Below the pieces are notes generated by a model. That model saw only the letters and a list, made by a program, of their open reading frames with translations, did not search any database and was not told where the DNA came from. A stretch of DNA of 64,000 nucleotides from an uncultured Gemmatimonadales bacterium (lineage in GTDB: Bacteria; Gemmatimonadota; Gemmatimonadetes; Gemmatimonadales; GWC2-71-9), in contig CAVSLV010000001.1 in assembly GCA_963728915.1 (NCBI GenBank), forward strand, positions 672,001 through 736,000, given 5' to 3'. The position numbers were made by a program, and so were the translations under genes. Shown piece after piece: positions 1-8,586 of the stretch; the stretch's first letter is position 1, and each line of letters opens with the position of its first letter.

Positions 1-911
1 TCCTCCGAAAGAATGCGTCGCCCGCTCCATTCGCCGCGATGCAGTGTCAACAGCCCGAAGCGGGCCTGGTCGAGCGCGCTGATCCACATGCCCCCACCCC
101 AATGGCCGCCGCCGGGGACGGACACCATCTGCTTTCCGTCAATCGCCACCGTCGAATTGCGATAGCCGACCCACTGCCAGGTATCGCTCGCCCCGATCGG
201 ATCCATCACGTACTCCTTGAGCACGTCGGGGAGCGGGCGCTTCCAGACCCGGAGCAGGGCCAGCGCGAGAACGTTCACCCGGACGTCGTTGTATTTGTAG
301 GTCGTGCCGGGCTCATGGTGCGCCCGCTGCTTGTATTCCTCCAGCGGCACATTCGCGGGAGGACGGTCGGACCAATCGGGTTTGTCCCAGAGGGTGCCTT
401 CCCAGTCGCTGGTCTGCCGGAGCAGGTTGTCCCAGGTGATCTTCGCGTTATGGGGAGAGTCGAACTCGCCGGTCTTGACCAGCAGGCGGACCGGCGCGTC
501 GAGATCAGGCAGCAGTTTGCGATCCCAGGCGAGCCCGGCAGTCGTTGAAAGGAAGCTCTTGGTCACGCTGTAGGTCATGTCCACCCGGTCCGGATCGCCC
601 CACTCCGCGACCAGGTATCCGTGCCGGACGACCAATCCGGTAACATCGCCGCGAGGCTTGAAGGGGCCGAGGGGCTCGGGCAGGGGCTCGCGGCCAAATC
701 CGCTCTGCCGATTCGCTTCCAGTTGATCCCTCGGGTCCGGGCTTTCGTTGGCGTTGCTGAAGGCGATCACCGAATCCAACCAGGCCTGCTTGAGTCCGAC
801 AGCCTCGGGGGACCGTCGTTCCCATTCACCACGGGGAGGGAAGTACGAATCCTGCCGGGGGACGATACCGCCAAGCAGGAGGACGGGGAGGAACAGTCGA
901 AGCCGGATCAT
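1..911 (-). CDS. Serine hydrolase, beta-lactamase-like family (3' end runs off window; apparent 1-bp frameshift near 905)
   Basis: My translation of the minus strand gives ...RLFLPVLLLGG...YFPPRGEWERRSPEAVG...YLVAEWGDPDRVDMTYSVTKSFLSTTAG with an SxxK motif. The ATG at 911 is out of frame by one base; adding a C gives MIPARLFLPVLLLGG. Not in the ORF track. Confidence 0.8.
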   Translation of the reverse strand, partial: MIRLRLFLPVLLLGGIVPRQDSYFPPRGEWERRSPEAVGLKQAWLDSVIAFSNANESPDPRDQLEANRQSGFGREPLPEPLGPFKPRGDVTGLVVRHGYLVAEWGDPDRVDMTYSVTKSFLSTTAGLAWDRKLLPDLDAPVRLLVKTGEFDSPHNAKITWDNLLRQTSDWEGTLWDKPDWSDRPPANVPLEEYKQRAHHEPGTTYKYNDVRVNVLALALLRVWKRPLPDVLKEYVMDPIGASDTWQWVGYRNSTVAIDGKQMVSVPGGGHWGGGMWISALDQARFGLLTLHRGEWSGRRILSE

Positions 912-1062
912 GACGGAGAGACTACCGCGACTCCGTCCCGACTGCAATCCACCGCAGCCTGTCCGGCTCGGATTGTGCTGAGCCGGGGCATGCTGCGTCG
1001 CGATCCTCCGCGTATCATTCGAGACGACCGACGGATCGGCCGCCTACCCGACGAGGTGCCCA

Positions 1063-3501
1063 ATGTCCGCTTCCCTCGCGTTCCGCATGGCCGTTGCCGC
1101 TTTGGCCCTGGGCCTGATTGGCTGCAGTGAGAGCACCGAGCCCGTTCCCGCACCGGCTCCTCCACCTCCTGCGCCGGTCCCGCCGCCGCCGCCCCCTCCG
1201 GGCAGCGCTGATCTGCGGTGGTCCGACCCGGCAGCGTGGCCCAACAGCCAGGTTCCCGCGGCAGGCGCGGCGGTCACGATTCCGGCAGGGAAGACGGTCC
1301 TCCTGGATGTGAGCCCTCCGGCGCTGGCCAGCCTCACGGTCGAGGGAACCCTGCGCTTCGATGCCAAGGATCTCAATCTCACGACGGGCTGGATCCTCGT
1401 TCACGGTGGCCGATTCGAAATCGGAAGCGAAACCACCCCTTACACGAACCGCGCCATCATCACCCTCACCGGCCCGTCCACGGACAACGTCATGGGGATG
1501 GGCGCCAAGGTGCTGGGCGCGATCGACGGCGGAGCCCTCGAGTTGCATGGTGAAAAGCGAGTGGTCTGGACCCGGCTCTCCGCGACCGCGGGGGTGGGAA
1601 GCAGCCAGCTCCAGCTCGAGCGCACCGTCGATTGGCGGGTGGGCGATCACCTGGTAATCGCCTCGACCGATTTCGACCCCCGGCAGGCTGAGGAAGTCAC
1701 CGTCACCACGGTGCAGGGGAACGTGGTGGGGATTTCCCCGGCGCTCCGGAACGCACACTTCGGCGTAACCCAGACCTTCGCCGGGCAGACCCTGGATGAG
1801 CGCGCCGAGGTCGGTCTCCTGAGCCGGAACATCGTGATCCGGGGCGATGACGCGTCGGAGACCACCGGGTTCGGGGGCCACATCATGGCGACCGCCAACG
1901 GCGTGCTGCACGTCGAGGATATCGAGCTCACCCGGATGGGGCAGAAGAAGGTGCTGGCCCGCTACCCGATGCACTGGCACGTCGAAGGCGTCACCACGGG
2001 TCAGTACTTCAAGGACAGCAGCATCTGGCACACCTACAACCGCTGCGTGACCGTTCACGGCACCCGGAACGTGCGCGTGTCAGGCAACGTGTGCCACGAC
2101 AACATCGGCCACAGCTACTTCCTGGAGGACGGGGCGGAAACCGGGAACATCTTCGAGGACAATCTCGCGGTCCTGACCCAGCGCCCGGCGACCGGTGAGG
2201 CCCTGATTCCCTCGGACGTGACCCCGGCCGCCTTCTGGATCACCAACCCGGCCAATACCTTCCGGCGCAATGTGGCGGCAGGCTCCCGCGGGTTCGGCTT
2301 CTGGTTCGCGTTGCCCGCCTCGCCGACCGGTCTCTCCACCGGGCAGCCGGACCTCCCCCGGGAGACCCCGCTAGGAGAGTTCACCGACAACGTTGCCCAT
2401 TCGAATTCCAATGTCGGCCTCCAGGTGGACGAGGGGCCCATGGCCGATCTCAATCTGGAGACGGTGCACTACTCGCCGAAACAGGTGCCGGGGACCTCCT
2501 CCCCCTCGGTGACCGCGTACTTCCGGAACTTCACCGGGTACAAGCACACCGGGCGAGCGGTCTGGCTCCGGGGCACCGAGCTTCGACTGACCGGGGCGAT
2601 GCTGGCCGACAATGGCATCGGCGCCACCTTTGCGTCGAATGAGACCTTCGTTCAGGACGCGGTGTTCGTCGGACAGAGCGCCAACGAATCCGCCAATGTG
2701 ATCGCGCCGAGCTTCCCCATCCGGGGCTACGAGTTCTACGATGGACGGGTTGGGGCCGATCGGGTGACGTTCGTGAACTACCCGACCGGCGGGGGCCGGA
2801 CCATGAGCGCCCTCGGCTTCAATCGAGCCAACGGCTTTGCGGTCAACACCGGCAACTACGGTAACCAGATCACGCTGATCAACGCCAATGCGGTCTTTCT
2901 GGAGAATCCGGCCGCGGACAAGGACGGCGACAAGGCCGCGGTGATTCTCGATGCCGACGGGAGCATCACTGGAACCGCCGGAGCATACGTCGCCGCCAAC
3001 AATCCCCTGATGATCACTCCCGCGTGCGTGTACCGGCCCGCCTGGAATGCCTGGGTCTGTGCCCAGCACTTCGTGCAGCTTCAGGTTCGAGGGCTCAACA
3101 ACGAGGTCGTTGCACCGCTGGGACTGATCCGCGATGATCTGGTGCGCGCCGATTATGTCGGTGTGCCCGATCAACCCCAGACCGTTTATGCCTCCATCGC
3201 TCCCGGTCGAGGGTACAGTGTGGCGTACGGGGGCGCGGTACCGGACCGATTGCAGCTCACCATCAGCCGGACCGTCGACGGGGAGTGGGTGCGGGTTGGG
3301 GTGCCCTACCCGAACCCGAACTTCAACGTCGTGCGCGACGGGGCGAGCGGATCGCCGCTCCCTGGCGCGGCGACCTTTACCGCCCTCGATGCCGGTACCG
3401 GAGATCGGTATTTCTACGATCCGTCGACGGGAGTCCTCTACCTCAAGTTGTACACCCGGACGGGACGGACCTCGACTACCATTTCGGTAACGCCCAAGTA
3501 G
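1063..3501 (+). CDS. G8-domain / parallel beta-helix lipoprotein (TMEM2/CEMIP-like)
   Basis: Lipobox LIGC, Pro-rich linker, G8-like start RWSDPAAWP...VTIPAGKTVLLD, motifs DERAEVGLLSRNI, RYPMHWH, NRCVTVHGT, FLEDGAE, FWITNP. Confidence 0.8.
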   Translation: MSASLAFRMAVAALALGLIGCSESTEPVPAPAPPPPAPVPPPPPPPGSADLRWSDPAAWPNSQVPAAGAAVTIPAGKTVLLDVSPPALASLTVEGTLRFDAKDLNLTTGWILVHGGRFEIGSETTPYTNRAIITLTGPSTDNVMGMGAKVLGAIDGGALELHGEKRVVWTRLSATAGVGSSQLQLERTVDWRVGDHLVIASTDFDPRQAEEVTVTTVQGNVVGISPALRNAHFGVTQTFAGQTLDERAEVGLLSRNIVIRGDDASETTGFGGHIMATANGVLHVEDIELTRMGQKKVLARYPMHWHVEGVTTGQYFKDSSIWHTYNRCVTVHGTRNVRVSGNVCHDNIGHSYFLEDGAETGNIFEDNLAVLTQRPATGEALIPSDVTPAAFWITNPANTFRRNVAAGSRGFGFWFALPASPTGLSTGQPDLPRETPLGEFTDNVAHSNSNVGLQVDEGPMADLNLETVHYSPKQVPGTSSPSVTAYFRNFTGYKHTGRAVWLRGTELRLTGAMLADNGIGATFASNETFVQDAVFVGQSANESANVIAPSFPIRGYEFYDGRVGADRVTFVNYPTGGGRTMSALGFNRANGFAVNTGNYGNQITLINANAVFLENPAADKDGDKAAVILDADGSITGTAGAYVAANNPLMITPACVYRPAWNAWVCAQHFVQLQVRGLNNEVVAPLGLIRDDLVRADYVGVPDQPQTVYASIAPGRGYSVAYGGAVPDRLQLTISRTVDGEWVRVGVPYPNPNFNVVRDGASGSPLPGAATFTALDAGTGDRYFYDPSTGVLYLKLYTRTGRTSTTISVTPK

Positions 3502-3640
3502 GGCGCTGGGGGGAGCCCGTGATCACTTTTTGGTGCAGCGCAAGGTGAACCCGACAAGACTGGATCCGGCGCGTCATCCGGCCCGAACCGCCCGGGAGGA
3601 AGGCGCCCGGCAAGTCGGGCGTTTCCGGCGGGGGAGCCGG

Positions 3641-4699
3641 ATGGCGGTCGTGTTCGCGGCGTTTCTCATCCTCCTGATCGCCCCTCCGTCGGCTCCGCCG
3701 CTGCCGGCGGCCGCGGCCACGATCGTTCAGGACAGCCTGACCCCCGACACCAGCCAGGCTGCTCCCTCGCAATCCGTCAAAGAGGCGGCCGGGACGGTCC
3801 GGCAACTGTGGCGAGGCTTCATCCGTCTTCTCCCCAAGATCGCCATCGCCCTATGCGTGCTGGTCCTCGCCTGGCTGGCGATGGTGGCGGTCCGCGGCCT
3901 GGTCCGGGTGGCCCTACGAAGCTACGCCCGGGCCGAGGCCATCCGGGCGCTTCTCAGCGTCTCGGTCTGGATTCTGGCGATCGGGATCGCGATGAGCATC
4001 CTGGCCGGGGACGTGCGAACCCTGATCGGATCGCTCGGGCTGATCGGGCTCGCTCTCTCATGGGCTCTTCAGGCCCCCATCGAGAGCTTCACCGGCTGGT
4101 TTCTGAATTCGTTTCGCAATTACTACCGGATCGGCGATCGGATTGCGGTCGGCGAGGTCTTTGGCGACGTGTACCGGATCGACGTGCTCACTACCACGGT
4201 GTGGGAGGTCGGTGGGCCGGGCAAGGCGGTCCAGGCGGCGCAACCGACCGGCGCCCTCGTCACCTTCCCGAACTCGGAAGTGCTCCGCGCCAATATCGTG
4301 AATTTCACGCGGGACTTCCCCTACGTCTGGGACGAAGTCGCGCTGGGCATCGCCAACGAGTCGGACCTTCCGTATGCGGTGGAGGTGGCGCGCCGGGTCG
4401 CGGCGCAGGTGGTCGGACCAGCGATGACGGAGCCGGCCAGCCGGTACCGGGAAATGTTGCAACGGGTCGGACTGCCCTGGGACGTGGCGCTGGAGCCCCA
4501 GGTCTACCTGTCCCTGGCCGAAGCGTGGACCGTGCTGACGGTGAGGTACCTGGTGGCGGCTCGGGAGCGAAGGATGTGGTCGAGCCGCCTGATCGAAATG
4601 ATGTCGACCGAATGGGGCAAACCGGACCACGCCGGCCGGATCATCGCGGGATACCCTCGCACCAACGTGGAGCTGCTCAAGAGCCCAAGACTGTCCTGA
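3641..4699 (+). CDS. Small-conductance mechanosensitive channel (MscS family)
   Basis: Three TM segments, GLALSWALQ, YRIGDRIAVGEVFGDV, FPNS...IVNFTR. Start uncertain (3530 or 3641). Confidence 0.85.
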   Translation: MAVVFAAFLILLIAPPSAPPLPAAAATIVQDSLTPDTSQAAPSQSVKEAAGTVRQLWRGFIRLLPKIAIALCVLVLAWLAMVAVRGLVRVALRSYARAEAIRALLSVSVWILAIGIAMSILAGDVRTLIGSLGLIGLALSWALQAPIESFTGWFLNSFRNYYRIGDRIAVGEVFGDVYRIDVLTTTVWEVGGPGKAVQAAQPTGALVTFPNSEVLRANIVNFTRDFPYVWDEVALGIANESDLPYAVEVARRVAAQVVGPAMTEPASRYREMLQRVGLPWDVALEPQVYLSLAEAWTVLTVRYLVAARERRMWSSRLIEMMSTEWGKPDHAGRIIAGYPRTNVELLKSPRLS

Positions 4700-4832
4700 A
4701 TATCGTCAGTGGTTGCGTTAAGTCATTGAACCAATTATACTTATATCAAGTAACGATACCAAGGTATTTGACGGGTTCGGAGTCTCCCGCCCGGACCCGG
4801 AACGATCTCCAGCGGGAGGAGAGGTGGCTCTG

Positions 4833-5129
4833 ATGACTCATGTTCGAAACGCAGTGTTTCAGCTCAAGCCAGGCAAGATCGCGGACGTGAAGAAGCTCTT
4901 CACCGACGAACTCCTGCCCCTGATGAAGAAGGTCCCCGGTTTCAAGCACGAAATCACGATGACCAAGGGTGACCAGCTGGTGGGCCTGACGGTCTGGGTC
5001 GATCGGCAGAGCGCCGAGAAGTACCAGACGGTGACCTTCCCGACCGTGATCGCCAAGCTCAATCCGTTCCTCACCGGAGCACCGGTGATCGACGAGTACG
5101 AGCTCGGCGTCACCACGCTCAGCGCGTAA
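4833..5129 (+). CDS. Antibiotic-biosynthesis-monooxygenase-like (dimeric alpha/beta barrel) small protein
   Basis: 98 aa with the ABM-like pattern FQLKPGK...LMKKVPGF...TVW. GGAGGAGAGG RBS upstream. Alternative GTG start at 4824. Confidence 0.6.
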   Translation: MTHVRNAVFQLKPGKIADVKKLFTDELLPLMKKVPGFKHEITMTKGDQLVGLTVWVDRQSAEKYQTVTFPTVIAKLNPFLTGAPVIDEYELGVTTLSA

Positions 5130-5177
5130 CCTCGCACCATCGGCAGGATGGCGGCGGAACCCCCGGGTTCCGGCGCC

Positions 5178-5206
5178 GAGGCCCGGGAGCGGTTTTCCCG
5201 GGTCTC
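5178..5206. terminator. Hairpin between convergent genes, probable terminator
   Basis: GAGGCCCGGGA-gcggttt-TCCCGGGTCTC, 11-bp stem with one G-U pair. Confidence 0.55.
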
Positions 5207-6878
5207 AGTTTCCCTTCTGTTGCACCATGACCTGGAATTCGGGAGCCTGATAGCCGTCGGGTCGCTGGTCCGGCGGAATGGCCGTGGCGTTCCCGTCGCG
5301 GAGGGCCGCGTAGTGTGGTGACATGATCTCGACCCCCGCCTCGAAAAACTTGTCCTGAATGTTCTGGTGCAGGGCCGAATAGGTCGTCGCCATGATCGAC
5401 GGATCCCTGGTCAGTGCGTTCAGCTGATAGCGCACGTAGAAATCATCCAGTCCGGTCTGGAGCACGAAGGGGATGGGGGTGGCGAGAATGTTCGGCGTCG
5501 CCCGGGCCGCCGTGATCAGCAGATCGTGCACCTGTCGCCAGGGGGCGTCATAGCCGATCGTCACGGTAGTGTGGAGCACCAGGCCCGGACCTCCTGCGAG
5601 CGCGGTGTAGTTGATGATGTGGCTGGAAAGCACCTGCCCGTTCGGAATGGTGATCTCCTCGTTCTTGATGGTGCGCACCCGGGTCACCAGCAGAGTGCGC
5701 TCCACGACATCCCCGGTGGTCCCGGCGATCTGGACCCGGTCGCCCGGTTGAAACGCTCTCGTATATATGAGGACAATGCCCGCCATGATGTTGCTCACCG
5801 CCCCGGTCGACCCGAACGAAAAGATCACTCCCACGAAGATCGACACCCCCTTGAAAGCGTCGGAGCTGGAGCCGGGCAGGTAGGGGAACATCATGATGAC
5901 CGCGAACACCGACACCAGGAACCGCACCAGCTTATAGGTCGGCTCGGCCCAGTCGCGATGAAAGCCGCGAATCGTGAGGGTCCCGGCCCCGATGGCCTGG
6001 AAGACCATGTGAATGAACCGGAGGAGGTACCGGGTCACCACCAGGATGACCGCGATGAAGAAGACCTTGGGCAGGTAGGCCAGGATCGCCTCGCCCACCG
6101 ACTGGATCGGCGTCATGACGTAACCCACGATCCGCCGGGAATACGAAGCGGTCAGCGGAAAGATGCTGAGGACCGTGGGGACGTAGAGATAGATCAGGAA
6201 GATCAGCAGGATCAGGCGGGCGATCCGGGCCAGCCAGCGCAGTCCACCCCGCAGACCTTCTGCGCTGAGAATCTCGAGCCGCTGGATCCGAAGCGTCGGA
6301 AGCGGTCGGGTCTCCAGCCACTTCTGGAGTCGACCGAACAGCCACCGCATGAGATAGAGCAGGAGGACGAATCCGGCGGTGACGGCCAGCGCCAACAGGA
6401 CCTCGGTGAGTATGACCCGGATCCCCGAGGCGGCCCGCTCCGCGGTCAGCACATTCATGATCCTGGCAGCGTATCGGTTCGCGAGCACTTCCGGGGAAAC
6501 CCCGGTAGGCGTCGCGTCGGCCTCGAGAACGGTCATCACAATCGCGTCGCCGACCAGCAGCTCGAAGTGGTCTCCGACCCGGCTCACCCGGACCGAATCG
6601 CTCCCGGTCCCGATCACTCGGGACCGCTGGGCGATCCGGCGGGTGACCGCTTCGGCGCGCTCGCTCGGGCGGAACGGACCCAGCACACCATACAGCGTGA
6701 ACAGGGTATCCGATCGGTACACGACGACAGCACTATCCGTCGCCGGTGCCTTGGTGGTATCTCCCGGATTCCCGGCAGGAGCCTGGGAGAACGCGATGGT
6801 GGAGACGAGCGTCAGGCAGAGAGCAGCGAGGGCGATGGCGTGCGAGGGGCGAGGAAGCCGATTCGGTTGCAGATGCAT
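5205..6878 (-). CDS. MscS-family mechanosensitive channel with periplasmic N-terminal domain
   Basis: Signal peptide, multiple TM helices, FQPGDRVQIAGTTGDV, ITIPNG, VTIGYDAPWRQVH, IQDKFFEAGVEIMSPHY. Confidence 0.9.
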   Translation of the reverse strand: MHLQPNRLPRPSHAIALAALCLTLVSTIAFSQAPAGNPGDTTKAPATDSAVVVYRSDTLFTLYGVLGPFRPSERAEAVTRRIAQRSRVIGTGSDSVRVSRVGDHFELLVGDAIVMTVLEADATPTGVSPEVLANRYAARIMNVLTAERAASGIRVILTEVLLALAVTAGFVLLLYLMRWLFGRLQKWLETRPLPTLRIQRLEILSAEGLRGGLRWLARIARLILLIFLIYLYVPTVLSIFPLTASYSRRIVGYVMTPIQSVGEAILAYLPKVFFIAVILVVTRYLLRFIHMVFQAIGAGTLTIRGFHRDWAEPTYKLVRFLVSVFAVIMMFPYLPGSSSDAFKGVSIFVGVIFSFGSTGAVSNIMAGIVLIYTRAFQPGDRVQIAGTTGDVVERTLLVTRVRTIKNEEITIPNGQVLSSHIINYTALAGGPGLVLHTTVTIGYDAPWRQVHDLLITAARATPNILATPIPFVLQTGLDDFYVRYQLNALTRDPSIMATTYSALHQNIQDKFFEAGVEIMSPHYAALRDGNATAIPPDQRPDGYQAPEFQVMVQQKGN

Positions 6879-6959
6879 GGGGCCTCCTGAGACGGAAGCG
6901 TCATCAAGGATCCCGAAGGTAATACCGGATCCGGAACTCCCGGGTCGGTGGCCGGATAT

Positions 6960-8136
6960 TCAATCGAATCGGTAATCGGGAATTGCAATCTCGGTCACGG
7001 AGGTCGCGGCCGATGAAGTAGTCGGCAATCGGCGGGAGGCGGAGGAGTCGGGTCACCAGATTCCGGAACCCGATTCCCCGCCTTGTCTTCGGGACGAAGG
7101 CCGGGGCGAGTCGGAGGGCCGAGCGCTGCTTGCCCCGGAGAAACTCCCTGAGGCGCTTCTCGTAGCTGTCGAACCCGCGCGCCCAGTCATTTCCCGCCAG
7201 CCCCAGCTCGCCGGCCAGGACGTAGGCCTCCAGCATCGCCAGGCCGCTGCCTTCCCCCGCGAGGAGCGACACGCACGCGGCCGCGTCACCCAGCAGAGCG
7301 GTGCGCCCATTGGTCCAGTGATCCATCCGGATCTGGCTCACCCGGTCGAAGTAGACCTCGCCGGCCCGGTCCAGCGCGTCGAGCATCACCGGGCACTCCC
7401 AGCCGACATCATCGAACACCGCCCGAAGGATCTGCCGGGGATCCGCGGGCAACCCGGGCGGGATGGCGTCATCACGGAACACGAACAACACCAGGGTCCG
7501 GTCTCCCCGCATCGCGAACCGGGAGACTTGCTTGCCGGGCACCGGGTGACTCACGTAGACCAGCTCGTCGCGCGGGCGATATCCCTCGATCTCGATCGCC
7601 GCGACATGGTATCCCAGCGGGTGTTCGTACGACTTCTCGGGGCCGAACCGCTCCCGGCGAATCACCGAATGGAGCCCATCGGCCCCCACAACCAGATCGA
7701 CCAGCCGGGACCCGCCGTGGGCCAGACCGAGACGCACCGCGGTGCCTTCATCCTGAACGACAGTGATCGCGTCCCCGAAGACGGTCTCGACCCCTTCGAG
7801 GGAGTTGAAGATGGTCGCGGAGAGATCGGAGCGCAGCAAGCTGGTGAAGCGGCCCCCGGTCATCCGGCCGAATACTTTCGTGGAAAACCCGCCCTGCTTC
7901 CGGCCCGCCCCATCCACGAAGCGGACTTCCTCCACCTGATATCCCAACTCCCGGAGCCTGGGCAGGATGCCCATTTTCTCCGCGATGTCGTAGCCCACTC
8001 CCCAGAAGTCGATGACATATCCGCCCCGCCGCAGGCGGGGGCTTTCCTCGCATAGCAGCACCTCGTGCCCGGACCGGCGCAGCCACCAGGCGAGGGTCGG
8101 ACCCGCGATGCCGGCCCCATTGATCGCGATCTTCAT
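6960..8136 (-). CDS. FAD-dependent monooxygenase/oxidoreductase (apparent frameshift near 6994 at the C-terminus)
   Basis: MKIAINGAGIAG (GxGxxG), VGADGLHS, LLGDAA. As read, the frame continues to 6904; removing one base gives ...RDLRDEIAIPDYRFD* ending at 6960. Confidence 0.85.
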
Positions 8137-8224
8137 GCGGGTGCCTCCTCCTCCCAAGATACCGGACGGCGGAGGAAGCCGAGCCGGCACCGCGTCGGGC
8201 TTGGCGCCGGGCTTGCCTGTAGTG

Positions 8225-8247
8225 TCTCTAGAAAGTAACTTGGGGGA
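8225..8247 (+). promoter_or_regulatory. Possible PadR autoregulatory site overlapping the RBS
   Basis: Imperfect inverted repeat TCTCTAG-aaagtaa-CTTGGGG directly before the padR ATG; TAGTGT box at 8220-8225. Confidence 0.25.
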
Positions 8248-8586
8248 ATGGCTCTCCTCAAAGGAACCCTGGACGCGCTGGTGCTCAAGGCGGTCTCCTT
8301 CGGGCCCATGCATGGCTTCGAGATCACCCGCTGGATCGAGGACGGCTCGCGGGATGAATTCGTCATCGAGCCTGCCGCCCTGCTCCAGGCGCTGCACCGG
8401 CTGGAGGCGCGCCGGCTTCTCACCGGAGAATGGGGAATCACCGGGAACAACCGGAGGGCGCGCTATTACTCGTTGACCCCCGCCGGCCGGGCGCACCTTC
8501 GGGCCGAGGCCGCCGCCCTCAAGAGCTCGACATCGGCGCTGATGGCCCTGCTTCACGCGCGAAGCGCATCGGAGACCTCCCGATGA
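8248..8586 (+). CDS. PadR-family transcriptional regulator
   Basis: [11 protein letters not shown]...MHGFEI...ALHRLE...[20 protein letters not shown] overlap with the downstream permease. Confidence 0.95.
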   Translation: MALLKGTLDALVLKAVSFGPMHGFEITRWIEDGSRDEFVIEPAALLQALHRLEARRLLTGEWGITGNNRRARYYSLTPAGRAHLRAEAAALKSSTSALMALLHARSASETSR

